From assembly GCA_024679065.1 (NCBI GenBank), contig JAGIQG010000023.1, forward strand, positions 9,920,001 through 9,984,000: DNA of 64,000 nucleotides, written 5' to 3'. The stretch comes from Sphyrna mokarran. Its lineage: Eukaryota. Numbering within the stretch: the first letter of the stretch is position 1; each line of letters begins with the position of its first letter. The notes below the pieces were generated by a model. It ran no database searches. It was given only the letters and a program-made list of their open reading frames with translations, and had not been told where the DNA came from. Shown here piece after piece: positions 51,701 to 61,707 of the stretch. The position numbers and the translations under genes were made by a program.

Positions 51701-54700
51701 ACCAAGAACCTGGGTTCAATTGCTGGCTTGAGTCACTCTCTGTGCAGAGTCAGCATGTTCTCCCCATGTCTGCATGGGTTTCCTCTGGGTGGCCTGATTT
51801 CCTCCCACAGTCCAAAAGATGTGCTGGTTAGATGTATAGGCCATGCTAAATTCTCCCTCAGTTTACCCAAATGGGTGCTGGAGTGTGGAGACTAGGGGAT
51901 TTTCACAGTAGCTTCACTGTGCTGCTAATTTAAGCTTACTTGTGACATAATAAATGTAGTTTTAAACTTTAAACTCCCAGTGGAAATGGTGGGTGTTGGA
52001 TTTGGGAGCTGGGCTTCAGGAGTCAGGGGTGGCTTTAATTTATTCACACTTTAATCTCCATTGTCATGCTTTTCTCCTCATAACTAAAATGTTTCAGCCC
52101 AAGTTTTTCTTAAGTTTAATTCTTCCAGCTTAGACCTGAGAGGTTATATTTGCTAGGATTGTTTTTTAATCAAGCAATGTAAGCATCGTTGATAAGGTAA
52201 GAATCTGTCTCCCATGTCTAATTGCTTTTAAACTTGCTTGGCCATTTCAGAGGATATTTAAGTGGCAATCACATTGCTGTTGGTTTGAAGTCATGTGTCA
52301 GTCAGCCCAGGTAAAAATGACAGATCTCAAGAATAAAGAACAGCTAAAATTACAGCACAGGAACAGGCCTTTCGGGCCTCCAAGCCTGCACCGACTGACT
52401 TAACTAAAACCCCCTACCTTCCGGGGACCATATCCCTCTATTCCCATTCTATTTGTCTGTTACAGTCACCATCATATTTGCTTCCACTACCTTTTTTTGG
52501 CAATGGGTTCCAGGCACCCACCACCCTCTGTGTAAAAGATTTGCCTTGTACATCTCCTTTAAACCTTGCCCCTCACAACTTAAACCTCTGCCCCCTTGTA
52601 ATTGATTCTTCCACCTTGGGAAAAAAAACTTCTGATTATCCACTCTGTCCATGCCCCTCATGACCTTGCCAACTGCTGATAGGTCCCCCTTAACCTTCAT
52701 TGTTCCAGTGAGAACAAACAAAGTTTCTTCAACCTCTCCTCATAGCTATTTCTTACCCTAAAGGGCATTAGGGAACAATTGTTGACATCTTCATGGTTTT
52801 AATTACTGATCATGAAATCTTACACTGCAGAAGAAGGCCATTCAGCCCATCGAGTCTGTACTGACCACAATCCCATCCAGGCTCTGTGCCCATAACATTA
52901 CGCATTTACCCTAGCTAGTTCCCCTGACACAAAGGGGGAATTTAACATGGTAATCCACTTAACCAACACATCATTGGACTGTGGGAGGAAACTGGAGCAC
53001 CCACACAGGAAACCCACACAGGCACGGGAAGAATGTGCATGCTCCACACAGACTGTGGCCCAAGAGAGGAATTGAACCTTGATCCCTGGGGCTGCGAGGC
53101 AGCAGTGCCACCATGCCGCCCATTTGGTAATATTAGCTTTCAATTCCCAATTTATTAATTAATTGAATTCAATTCCATCAGCTACCATGGTGGGATTTGA
53201 ACCCATGCTCCTTGAGCATTAGCTGGGCCTCTGGGTTGCTGGACCAGTGGCATTAGCAAAATGCACTTTCACTCAGGGCAGGCTCAGTTGGCTGAACAAC
53301 AGATTTGTGGTGCAAGGTGATGCCAGCAGCGCAGGTCCAATTCCCAGACCAGCTGAGGTTATTCATGAAGGCCCCACCTTCTCAGCATTGTCCCTCCCCT
53401 GAGATGTGGTGACCCTCAAATTAAATCACCAGTGGTCAGCTCTCCCCATTAAAGGGGGGAGTAGCCTCTGGTCATCTGGGACCACAACGACTTTAACTTT
53501 GCACAATCTCCTAAATGGGCATTTAGATCTATGCAGCTCAGCAATTAAAAACTATTTTCATTTATTGGGATGATTGAGTTGTAATATTTATTCATATTCT
53601 GGGGATATTTTTTGACCCTGTCATTTTCCATGAAAAATTAAGATCAAATATTTTTCAGGTTGATAATTAAAATTAACTAGCAACTGGTATAAATGGACAT
53701 TAATCATAAAAATCATTAACCTCAATGTTAGTTTAAAGTAACACTTACCAATGTTGCTTTGTATCACATAACTGCAATTCCCAGTTGTATTTAAAACCAA
53801 TACATTAACCATTTCACTGTATTTTTCTCCCTGGTTATTTGAGGCTGTGCAGTAATATTGATGATGTCGCTGTGTGAAGGATTGACAATGTAGATCCAGT
53901 TTATTGGTGTCAGAGATCTTTGAATCTTCAGGCGGGGTCTTTTCATACCATGTGTACTGAATGGGAAGTGATCCCTGGACAGACTCACAGGAGACGGACA
54001 CTGAGCCCCCAGAACATGAGGCATTTGATCGTGTTAAAAATCTAAGTTCAGGATTTGTGGTTTCTGTGGGGAAAAAAACATTCAGAAACTGACTGACATT
54101 CTAAAAATCAAACACTCTGTGAATTTCATCCCTTCAGCATCTCAGCCAGGGGCAGCCATGTTGGAATCTCACCAGCACATCCACATCTCCACGGGCAAAT
54201 GCTTAATCGGGATTTGTATGTGGGAAGTGCTGGGCAAAAAGTTAGAAATGCCAGGAAAGTCAAGTTTGTGCTGAATTTAACAGCAAAACCAGATTAGAAC
54301 TCTCCCAGAATTGAGAGACTGGCTGGAGTTTGAGTAGAAAAGTCTGTCGTGTAAAATTTGGAATTGGTAGGAGTGTGGGCCCAGAGGACAGTAGCGAGGA
54401 GGGAATCAAGAAGGCTTTATTGGTTAGGGCAGAATTGGCCAATCAAGGAATGTTGGGGGGGGAGGTGCAGTGATGGTAAAATGCATTTGCCTGGGAGCCA
54501 AGATGAAGCTTCTCTGTGCCTTCGGAACCACAATCCATGCTGGAAAAGCTGCTGGACCTATCAAATCCCATTGCCATGAACAGATTGGATCCAGAGTTTT
54601 GTGTTGTACTGCTGTGTGTGCTGAACTCCATCACTGATACCATAGTTGGCAGCTCAGATGCAGATGTTCCTCTAGCCCATCCTGCAAGACTGCACCATTC

Positions 54701-57700
54701 GCTTGAATCATGGGACAGACTAACCTGAATGTGACTCATGTCATGCTGAGGTTATGTTAGTGAGGGCAGTAAATTCACCATGTGGGGATGATCCCAATGG
54801 CAGGGATGATGATAAGATGCAAATGGATTAAAATTATGTTCTCGCCATTTGACTAATCAAGACTAATTTTTGACCATTCTGCCATATTTTCTGTTCACGA
54901 TTTCAAGCGCGCCCATTACCAACTCCACACTGTTCCTCTTCTGGTCACTGCTGTGTTGTTGCAGCCCGAACTGGATAACTGTCAGCCAATCAGATGGAAC
55001 TCTCCAAGACAGGACTCCCTCTGGAGCAAGGGCCGAACCTCTTGCCCAATAACAATCAACACACATTTGAGTGTTAAATGACATCATGCTATTCCAAAAC
55101 TTCAGACATCTGGATCCTGTTAAATTCTGTGGATTGATTCTATTTTGTTATATTTGAGGGCATTACACCATCGCTAACAGCTAGCTCTTAACTATTTGTC
55201 ATTTCGTTTTAATCTAAAAGCAAACATCTGACAGTGTGACAAATTGATCAGTCCATGAATTGGATTTGTATGAGGCAGATTTCCCCAACTCTGACCTCTG
55301 GGGGGAGTTAGTGGCCTGACAACACCAGGTTTAAGTCTAACCAATTTATTTGATAGTAAACTCACAAGCTTTCGGGATTTGTCCCTTCGTCAGGTGAAGG
55401 AGAGTTCTGGCCTTAGACAGAGCATATAGCAGCATAGACAGTTTACAGATTACTGATTAGAATGCGAGTCTTTGCCACTAACCTGCTATTCAAATCTTAA
55501 AGATGCCAACAATGTGAGTGGAAAAAGCATTAAGCACAGGTTAAAGAGATGTGTATTGTCTCCAGACTGTACAGTAAGTGAGGTTTTGCAAACCCAGGCA
55601 AGTCATGGGGATTACAGATAGTGCACCATGAACCCAAGATCCCTGTTGAGACCATCCTCATGTGTGTGGAACTTGGCTATCAGACTGTTCCAAGTTCCGC
55701 ACACGAGGACAGTCTCAACAGGGATCTTGAATTCATGTCGCACAATCTGTCACACCTATGACTTGCCTGGGTTTGCAAAACCTCACTTACTGTTCTGTCT
55801 GGAGACAATACACATCTCTTTAACCTGTGCTTAATGCTTTTTCCACTCACGTTGTTGGCATCTTTAAGACTTGAATAGTAGGTTAGTTGTAAAGACTCAT
55901 ATTCTAATCAGTAATCTGTAAACTGTCTATGCTGCTATGTGCTCTGTCTGAGGCCAGAACTCTCCTTCACCTGATGAAGGGATGAATGCCAAAAGCTTGT
56001 GAGATAACTATCAAATAAATTGGTTGGGCTTAAACCTGATGTTGTCAGACTTCTTACTGTGTTTACCCCAGTCCAATGCCGGCATCTCCACATTGGGAGC
56101 TAGTGGCACATAATATTGTCACTGGTCTAGTAATCCAGCAAACCCAGGATCATGCTCTGGGGACCTGAGTTCAAATCCTGCCAGTAGCGGATGAATTTGA
56201 GTTCACTAAAAATCTTGAATTGAAAGTCTAACAATGACCATGGAACAATGATAAAAACCCAACTGGTTCACTAATGTCCTTTAGAGAAGGAAATCTGCTG
56301 TCCCACTGTCCTTATCTTGTCTGGCCTATGTGTGACTCCAGATCCAGAGCAATGTGGTTGAATCTTAAAATGCCCTCATGGGTGGGCAATAAATGCTGGC
56401 CTTGTCAATGATGCCCACATCCAATGAACAAATGAAAAAACAATCTGCCCGAGTCTGCGTTGCAGTGGACCCTCGGGATATCACAGTTGTCAATTCCACA
56501 GCTGTACCATCCTGCATCTCCTGAGCGAAGATCCTTCATAGTGACAACAAAGTCTCCTTGTGTCTTGTTATCTGTGATTGATATTCTGCCATTTTGCCGA
56601 TTTGTTGCTGCTATAACAACACACTGGCGAGTCCAGCCCTGACACCAATATTTCACATTTGACCGGTACCACACATCATAGTGACAATCTATTGTGATTG
56701 CTCTTCCCACAATTCCTCTTACTTCCTTTTTTGCCCACAATGCACCTGAAACTGAGGAGACAACATTTCAAAAATTTCCTCCCAGAGAAAAGCATGGCCT
56801 GAATTTTTTGCTTGTAGTGTGTATGTGTGTGTGTGCACTCAGCGAGTCTGGATACGTGTATGAAACATCAGCCCCAAAGCACAGTTTCACACTGGCTAAA
56901 TTGATACCTATGGCCTCCAGCTATCCTCCAAGGCCACCGATCCCGTGCACCATCACCGAAGTTGGCAATCTTCACCTCCTGAAATCCCCAAATCCATCCA
57001 AGATCTGAAAATCCCTCCTGCCAGGATTTAATGTGTGTGTCACATCCCATCCCTACTGCCTACACCATCTATCAGGTCAGATCAAGGATCTCTTTGCTGC
57101 TGTCATCTCCTCGGGGTTGCTTACCAACTAACTGCAAGTGTGACCTGTCAATTAGGTTTGTTTCTCGGTCTGGAACCTCTTGATGATGGGGGAATGAATG
57201 GGAGAAGAGCCACCGTGAAGCTGTCTTCAGGGTATTGTTGACTTGTGAAGAATATCAGTGTTAAAATGATACCGAGAGTGTCAGGGCAGCACGATCTCAC
57301 ACACACACAGCTCGGCCCCCAGACACATTTTTTTTTTAATATGAACCCTGACCTTTCATTCTGCCCTGCATTGGGGTTGCAGCTAAAATGTAAAGGTCAC
57401 CTGACCAATTGGGCCGCCTGCCAATTGTAAAGACAGACAGACAACTTAAAGTTCTGGATAATTGGTGTTTAATGAATTTAAATTGAATTTTGGATGGCTG
57501 CAGGTGCATTTCCAACTTGCTCATGTGCCTGGCGACTGAGATATTGGGTGAAGGCATATTGCCATAGGGGTCTGATTTTACCCACATTCGGGTAGGGCAC
57601 GTGTCTGATCTTTATACATAAAATTCTGGCCACTGATAGGAGATTTCAGCAGAGAGTAATAAAGATAACCACTGAGAATAACGTACCGTTAGATATTTGT

Positions 57701-57998
57701 AGTTCTACGTCATACAATGGATCGAGGCCGGGTGTTTCAATTCCACAGCTGTACCATCCTGCATCTCCTGAGCAAAGATCCTTCATAGTGACAACAAAGT
57801 CTCCTTGTGTCTTGTTATCTGTGATTGATATTCTGCCATTTTGCCGATTTGTTGCTGCTACAACAACACACTGGCGAGTCCAGCCCTGACACCAATATTT
57901 CACATTTGATCGGTACCACACATCATAGTGACAATCTATTGTGATCGCTCTTCCCACAATTCCTCTTACTTCCTTTTTTGCCCACAATGCACCTGAAA
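45799..57998 (-). CDS. Gene B: paralogous CD300/pIgR-like receptor, activating-type TM and short tail, 5'-incomplete; join(57998-57687,54063-53749,46485-46401,45913-45823...)
   Basis: Four exons homologous to gene A exons 2-5, with intact GT-AG sites and the same internal phases (1,1,2). No leader exon found in the window. The 3' end is either read-through (KSKVGAMNIT*, stop at 45799) or a spliced mini-exon. Confidence 0.8.
45823..45913 (-). CDS. Gene B transmembrane exon (YVTWNLICWGLFTLLVICAVTVTWYTEKSK)
   Basis: Acceptor ttttgttcag in phase 2 matching the stalk exon; hydrophobic helix; donor AAG|GTAGGT, phase 0. Confidence 0.82.
46401..46485 (-). CDS. Gene B stalk exon (GREYSCEDFKTISTVTLTTSSGSTFTSE)
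   Basis: Acceptor tctcaatag, donor AAG|GTACAA, phase 1-2. EYSC motif as in gene A; Thr/Ser-rich. Confidence 0.82.
47270..48888 (+). mobile_element. CR1 LINE, 5'-truncated, RT through 3' tail; V-SINE fragment follows (48888-49088, -)
   Basis: KSPGPGGMHPRLLKE, QHGFIKGKSCL, GVLQGSVLGPQLF, KFADDTK; stops and frameshifts. Confidence 0.92.
49610..50275 (+). mobile_element. CR1 3' fragment with an internal inverted duplication
   Basis: SYEERLDKL..FSLE text; 50150-50225 is the reverse complement of about 49882-49955. Confidence 0.8.
51668..51970 (+). mobile_element. HE1-like V-SINE, alternative tail
   Basis: A/B boxes, V core; tail as at 7396-7680. Confidence 0.85.
52325..52745 (-). mobile_element. 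CR1 3' fragment
   Basis: VMRGMDRVD...QRVVGAWN text plus CR1 tail. Confidence 0.8.
52815..53120 (-). mobile_element. HE1-like V-SINE
   Basis: Head, V core and tail on the minus strand. Confidence 0.8.
53749..54063 (-). CDS. Gene B IgC2 (FCRL-type) exon
   Basis: ETTNPELRFL...VSVSCESVQGSLPIQYTWY...QYYCTASNNQG...NCSYVIQSNI. 315 nt, phase 1-1, acceptor ccccacag, donor G|GTAAGT. Confidence 0.92.
55316..56093. mobile_element. Penelope-like element 3' ends fused as a palindrome (arms 55316-55676 and 55690-56048)
   Basis: Arms are reverse complements around a 13-nt spacer. Each encodes a GIY-YIG-type C-terminus (LIAKFHTHEDGLNRDLGFMVHYL*) and has a hammerhead-like motif. Confidence 0.85.
55362..55397 (-). 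ncRNA. Minimal type I hammerhead ribozyme motif (Penelope type)
   Basis: UCAC-CUGACGA-A-GGGA-CAAA-UCCC-GAAA-GC-UU-GUGA: stem I UCAC/GUGA, intact CUGAnGA and GAAA cores, stem II GGGA/UCCC, palindromic AAGCUU stem III. Confidence 0.65.
56098..56440 (+). mobile_element. tRNA-derived SINE (second family)
   Basis: Matches 12465-12812 and 19635-19982. Confidence 0.8.
56490..56751 (-). pseudogene. Truncated tandem duplicate of the gene B V exon (lacks G strand and splice donor)
   Basis: 56490-56776 matches 57737-58023 with only 4 substitutions counted. Homology stops right after WYSCGI; the frame then runs into unrelated/SINE sequence and stops at 56405. Confidence 0.88.
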
Positions 57999-58583
57999 CT
58001 GAGGAGACAACATTTCAAAAATTGAACAGAGAACAAATGTTTCATTCAAACACAAACATTCCAATGAATTAAATTCCACCTGGCTTGTGATGAAAATAAA
58101 CATTAATATAAACATTTATTACAGTCTTAGTGTGTCAAAAGCATTTCTGTCAATGATTAATTTTTTAAAATATTTATTGTATTTTCCTGACCCACTGACA
58201 GGGCATGGGCGAACAGGGATGGAGGGCAGGGTCTGGAAATTGGGATTCTGCCTTACACTGTGGGACTTCACTCCAGAGTGTGATTGTGAGATATCATCAA
58301 GAGGTTTCAGACCAAGAAACAAAACTACCTGACAGGTCCAACTTGCAGTTAGTTGGTGAGCAGCCCACAGGAGATGACAGGACCAAAGAGGTCCTTGATC
58401 TGACCTGAAAGATGGTGTAGGTAGTAGGGATAGGATGTGACACACACCTTAAATCCTGGCAGGAGGGGATTTTCAGATCTTGGATGGGTTTGAGGTTTCA
58501 GGAAATGAAGATTGCTAACCTCAGTGATGATGCATGGATTGGTGGCCTTGGAAGATGGCCGGAAGCCTTAAGTATCAATTTAG
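56895..58583. repeat. Inverted repeat pair (56895-57187 and 58293-58583) flanking the gene B V exon
   Basis: For example CCATCCAAGATCTGAAAATCCC...CCTGCCAGGATTTAA at about 56994-57031 versus TTAAATCCTGGCAGG...GGGATTTTCAGATCTTGGATGG at about 58449-58487; roughly 80-85% identity by eye over about 290 bp. Confidence 0.85.
57687..57998 (-). CDS. Gene B IgV exon (CD300/pIgR type)
   Basis: VSGALWAKKEVRGIVGRAITIDCHYDVWYRSNVKYWCQGWTRQC...DAGWYSCGIETPGLDPLYDVELQISN. 312 nt, phase 1-1, acceptor tctcctcag, donor G|GTACGT. Confidence 0.92.
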
Positions 58584-58924
58584 ATAATACTGAGGAGGAG
58601 ATGAGAATAGTGGGGGAAGGCTTGGATGACTCAGGGGAAAGAGGAGGCCTGGGTTTGGGCCATGGGTGATCTGGAGGGAAAAGAAACCCCTTGGAAGGGT
58701 GGCAGTGGAATGACAGGAGCGGGGACAATTTGAAAATAGGTTTTGTTGGAAGTGATGTGAGTTTCATGGGGAGTTCAGGTAACCAATTGCAATGATTGGA
58801 GTTGTGAATGGATTCTCATCAAGTGGGAGTTGAGCACTATGGAGCCAGAAGTCCCTTCACCAAAATCCCTTTATTTACAATTCCAACAGCAGTACACAAA
58901 GTCAGCAGTCTACCTTCAGGAGTG

Positions 58925-61707
58925 AGAGAGCAACACAGCACGGGAAACAGGCCCTTCGGCCCATCGAGCCCGCGCCACCGTCATAACTATATAGTAGCAA
59001 TTCCATTATCCTATTATAGATTTAGGTTATTCCTAATATGGAAGACTCTCACTATAGGGACAATTTGTTTCCCAATCAGCCTAAGAGCGAATTTTTGGGT
59101 TGTGGGAGGAAACCGGAGTGCCCGGAGAAAACCCACGCAACCACGGGGAGAACGCGCAAACTCCCGCAGACACCGGCCCAATTCCAAGTGTCTGCACAGC
59201 CACATCGATAGTCTCTGAGCTGTCATGGTGCCCTTCAGATGGTCCACATAAAGCACTCGTTTACGACATGAGGTACCAGGCAACCCATGAATCAACATCC
59301 AAGAGCTGTACTCGCACCACCTGCCAAATGCATGCTCAATGTTGGTCAAGTATGGACCGAATTACCTGTGGAAAAAAGCCGTAGTTAAACAGTCCTAATA
59401 TATCCCTCTATCTGCATACCGCTCATGTGGCTGTCCAAGAGAACCTTAAACAGCCCCAGCGTGCCTGCTCCCACCACCTTACTCGGCAGTGCATTCCACA
59501 CCCCCACTACCCTTTGTGTGAAAAACTGCCCTCTAATATTCGTCCTATACATAGCCCCCCTCACCCTATGGCCATGACCTCTCGTCCTATCCATTTCTAA
59601 AGGTGGAAAAAGTTTACCTCCATTTACTCTATCTATACCCCTTATAATCTTATACACCTCTATGAGATCCCCTCTAAGCCGACGTCTTTCAAGGGAAAAC
59701 AACCCCAGTCTATCTAATCGTTCCTCATAAGACAGTCCTTCCATACCAGGCAGCATCCTGGTAAACCTCCTCTGCACTCTCTCCAAGGACTCCACATCCT
59801 TCCGATAGTACGGCAGCCAGAACTGGACGCAGTATTCCAACTGAGGCCTAACCAACGTCTATACAACTGCAACATCAAACTCCTACTCTTGTATTCTATA
59901 CCCCTTTTCTATGAAAGCTAACATACTATACGCCTTCTTTATCACCTTCTCCACCTGTGAGGACACCTTCAGAGACTTGTGAACCTGCACCCCCAAGTCT
60001 CTCTGCGTCTCTATGCTCAGTATAGTTTTACCTTTTATCCTATAACTCTCTTCTACATTTTTCCGGCCAAAATGCATCACCTCGCATTTATCCGGATTAA
60101 ATTCCATTTGCCATCTATCTGCCCAGTCTACCAACCTGTCTATGTCCTGTTGTATTTCCTGACACTGCTCTTCTGTACCCGCCAATCCAAGCATCTTGGT
60201 GTCATCAGCAAATTTGCTGATCTCACCACCTACCCCTACTTCCAAGTCGTTTATGTAGACCACAAATAGAAGAGGACCTAGTAATGAGCCTTGTGGCACT
60301 CCACTAGTGACAGGCTTCCAGCCGGAAAAAGAGCCTTCCACTACTACCCTCTGTCTCCTCCTCCTGAGCCAGTTCTCGACCCATCTACATACCCGACCCT
60401 GTATCCCATGCGCCTTCACCTTCTCTATCAGTCTACCATGAGGAACCTTGTCAAACGCCTTACTGAAATCCATGTAGACGACATCAACAGCCTGTCCTTC
60501 ACCAACTGTTTTTGTCACTTCTTCAAAAAATTCCACTAGATTTGTAAGACAAGACTTCCCCTTGACGAAGCCATGCTGCGTATCCCTGATCAGATCGCAG
60601 CGCTCCAGATGCTCATACATCCTGCCCCTAAGGATCCTCTCCATTAGCTTACCTATAACTGAAGTCAAGCTCACCGGCCTATAGTTCCCTGGGTGATCCC
60701 TCTGACCTTTTTTAAACAACGGTACTACGTTTGCTATCCTCCAGTCCTCTGGGACCTCACCTGTGTCCAAGAAAGAGACAAAGATTTGCGTCAGAGGCCC
60801 AGCCAAGTCTTCCCTCAACTCCCTTAGCAGCCTGGGGTAAATGCCATCAGGCTCCGGAGCTTTATATGTCTTTAAGCTGCCTAACAGCCCCAACACCTCT
60901 TTCCTCGTAATCCTTATTTCCCTCAACCAATCTTCAACTTTGTCAACATCAGACACAGACATCTGTCCAGTCTCCTGCGTGAATACCGACGCAAAGTATT
61001 CATTCAGGATCTCCCCCATTCCCTCAGGCTCTAAGCATAGATCCCTTCCTCTGTCCCTAAGAGGTCCAATCTTGCCTCTAACCATCCTTTTGCTCCTTAC
61101 ATAGGTGTAAAATGCCTTTGGATTTTCCTTAATCCTACCTGCCAGAGCCACCTCGTGGCCCCTTTTTTGCCTTTCTAATACCCCTTTTAAGATCCCGTCT
61201 ACACTCTCTATAAGCTTCCAGCGCTGTCTCAGTCCCTAGTTGCCTAGGTCTAATGTAAGCCTCTCGCTTTTTCCTGATCAAGTCCTCAATCTCCCTGGTA
61301 AGCCACGGTTCTCTAATCCTACCTTTCCCATCCTTCCTCCTTGCCGGCACGTATCTTTCTGCAGAGAGTTTAGTTTTCCCTTGAAAGACTCCCACATGTA
61401 CCTCGTCGACCTGCCCTCGAAAAGCTTATCCCAGTCGGTATCTTTAAGATCTTGCCTAATCTGGCTGTATCTAGCCCCCCCCCAGTTAAATACCTTCCCT
61501 TTTGGGCCGGTCTCGTCCTTTTCCATTAATATCCTAAAGCAGACAGAGTTGTGATCACTATTTGACACCTGCTCTCCTACCTTGACGTCAACCACCTGGC
61601 CTGGCTCATTCCCCAGAACCAAATCCAGTATAGCCCCATCTCTAGTCAGGCCATCCACATACTGCTCCAAGAACCCTTCCAAAACACACTGTACAAATTC
61701 CTCCCCG
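58925..61707 (-). mobile_element. Young 5'-truncated CR1 LINE (endonuclease end + RT + C-terminus, about 3 frameshifts) with a long 3' UTR containing a V-SINE core
   Basis: ORFs 61682-61278, 61395-61135, 61151-59883 and 59855-59385 carry AILDLVL, SDHNSV, GVPQGSLLGPLLF, YINDL and KFADDTK. CpGs retained. Tail GATGGGCCGAAGGGCCTGTTTCCCGTGCTGTG at about 58965-58933. Confidence 0.92.

Noticed and set aside
29228-57998. V exons as rearranging Ig/TCR V segments
   Set aside because: The complete exons encode their own G strand and end in a splice donor with no heptamer-spacer-nonamer. The CACAGTG matches I noticed are in SINE heads.
59883-61151. 422-aa reverse transcriptase as a host gene or active element
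   Set aside because: Part of a 5'-truncated, frameshifted CR1 ORF2 with no ORF1 or promoter.
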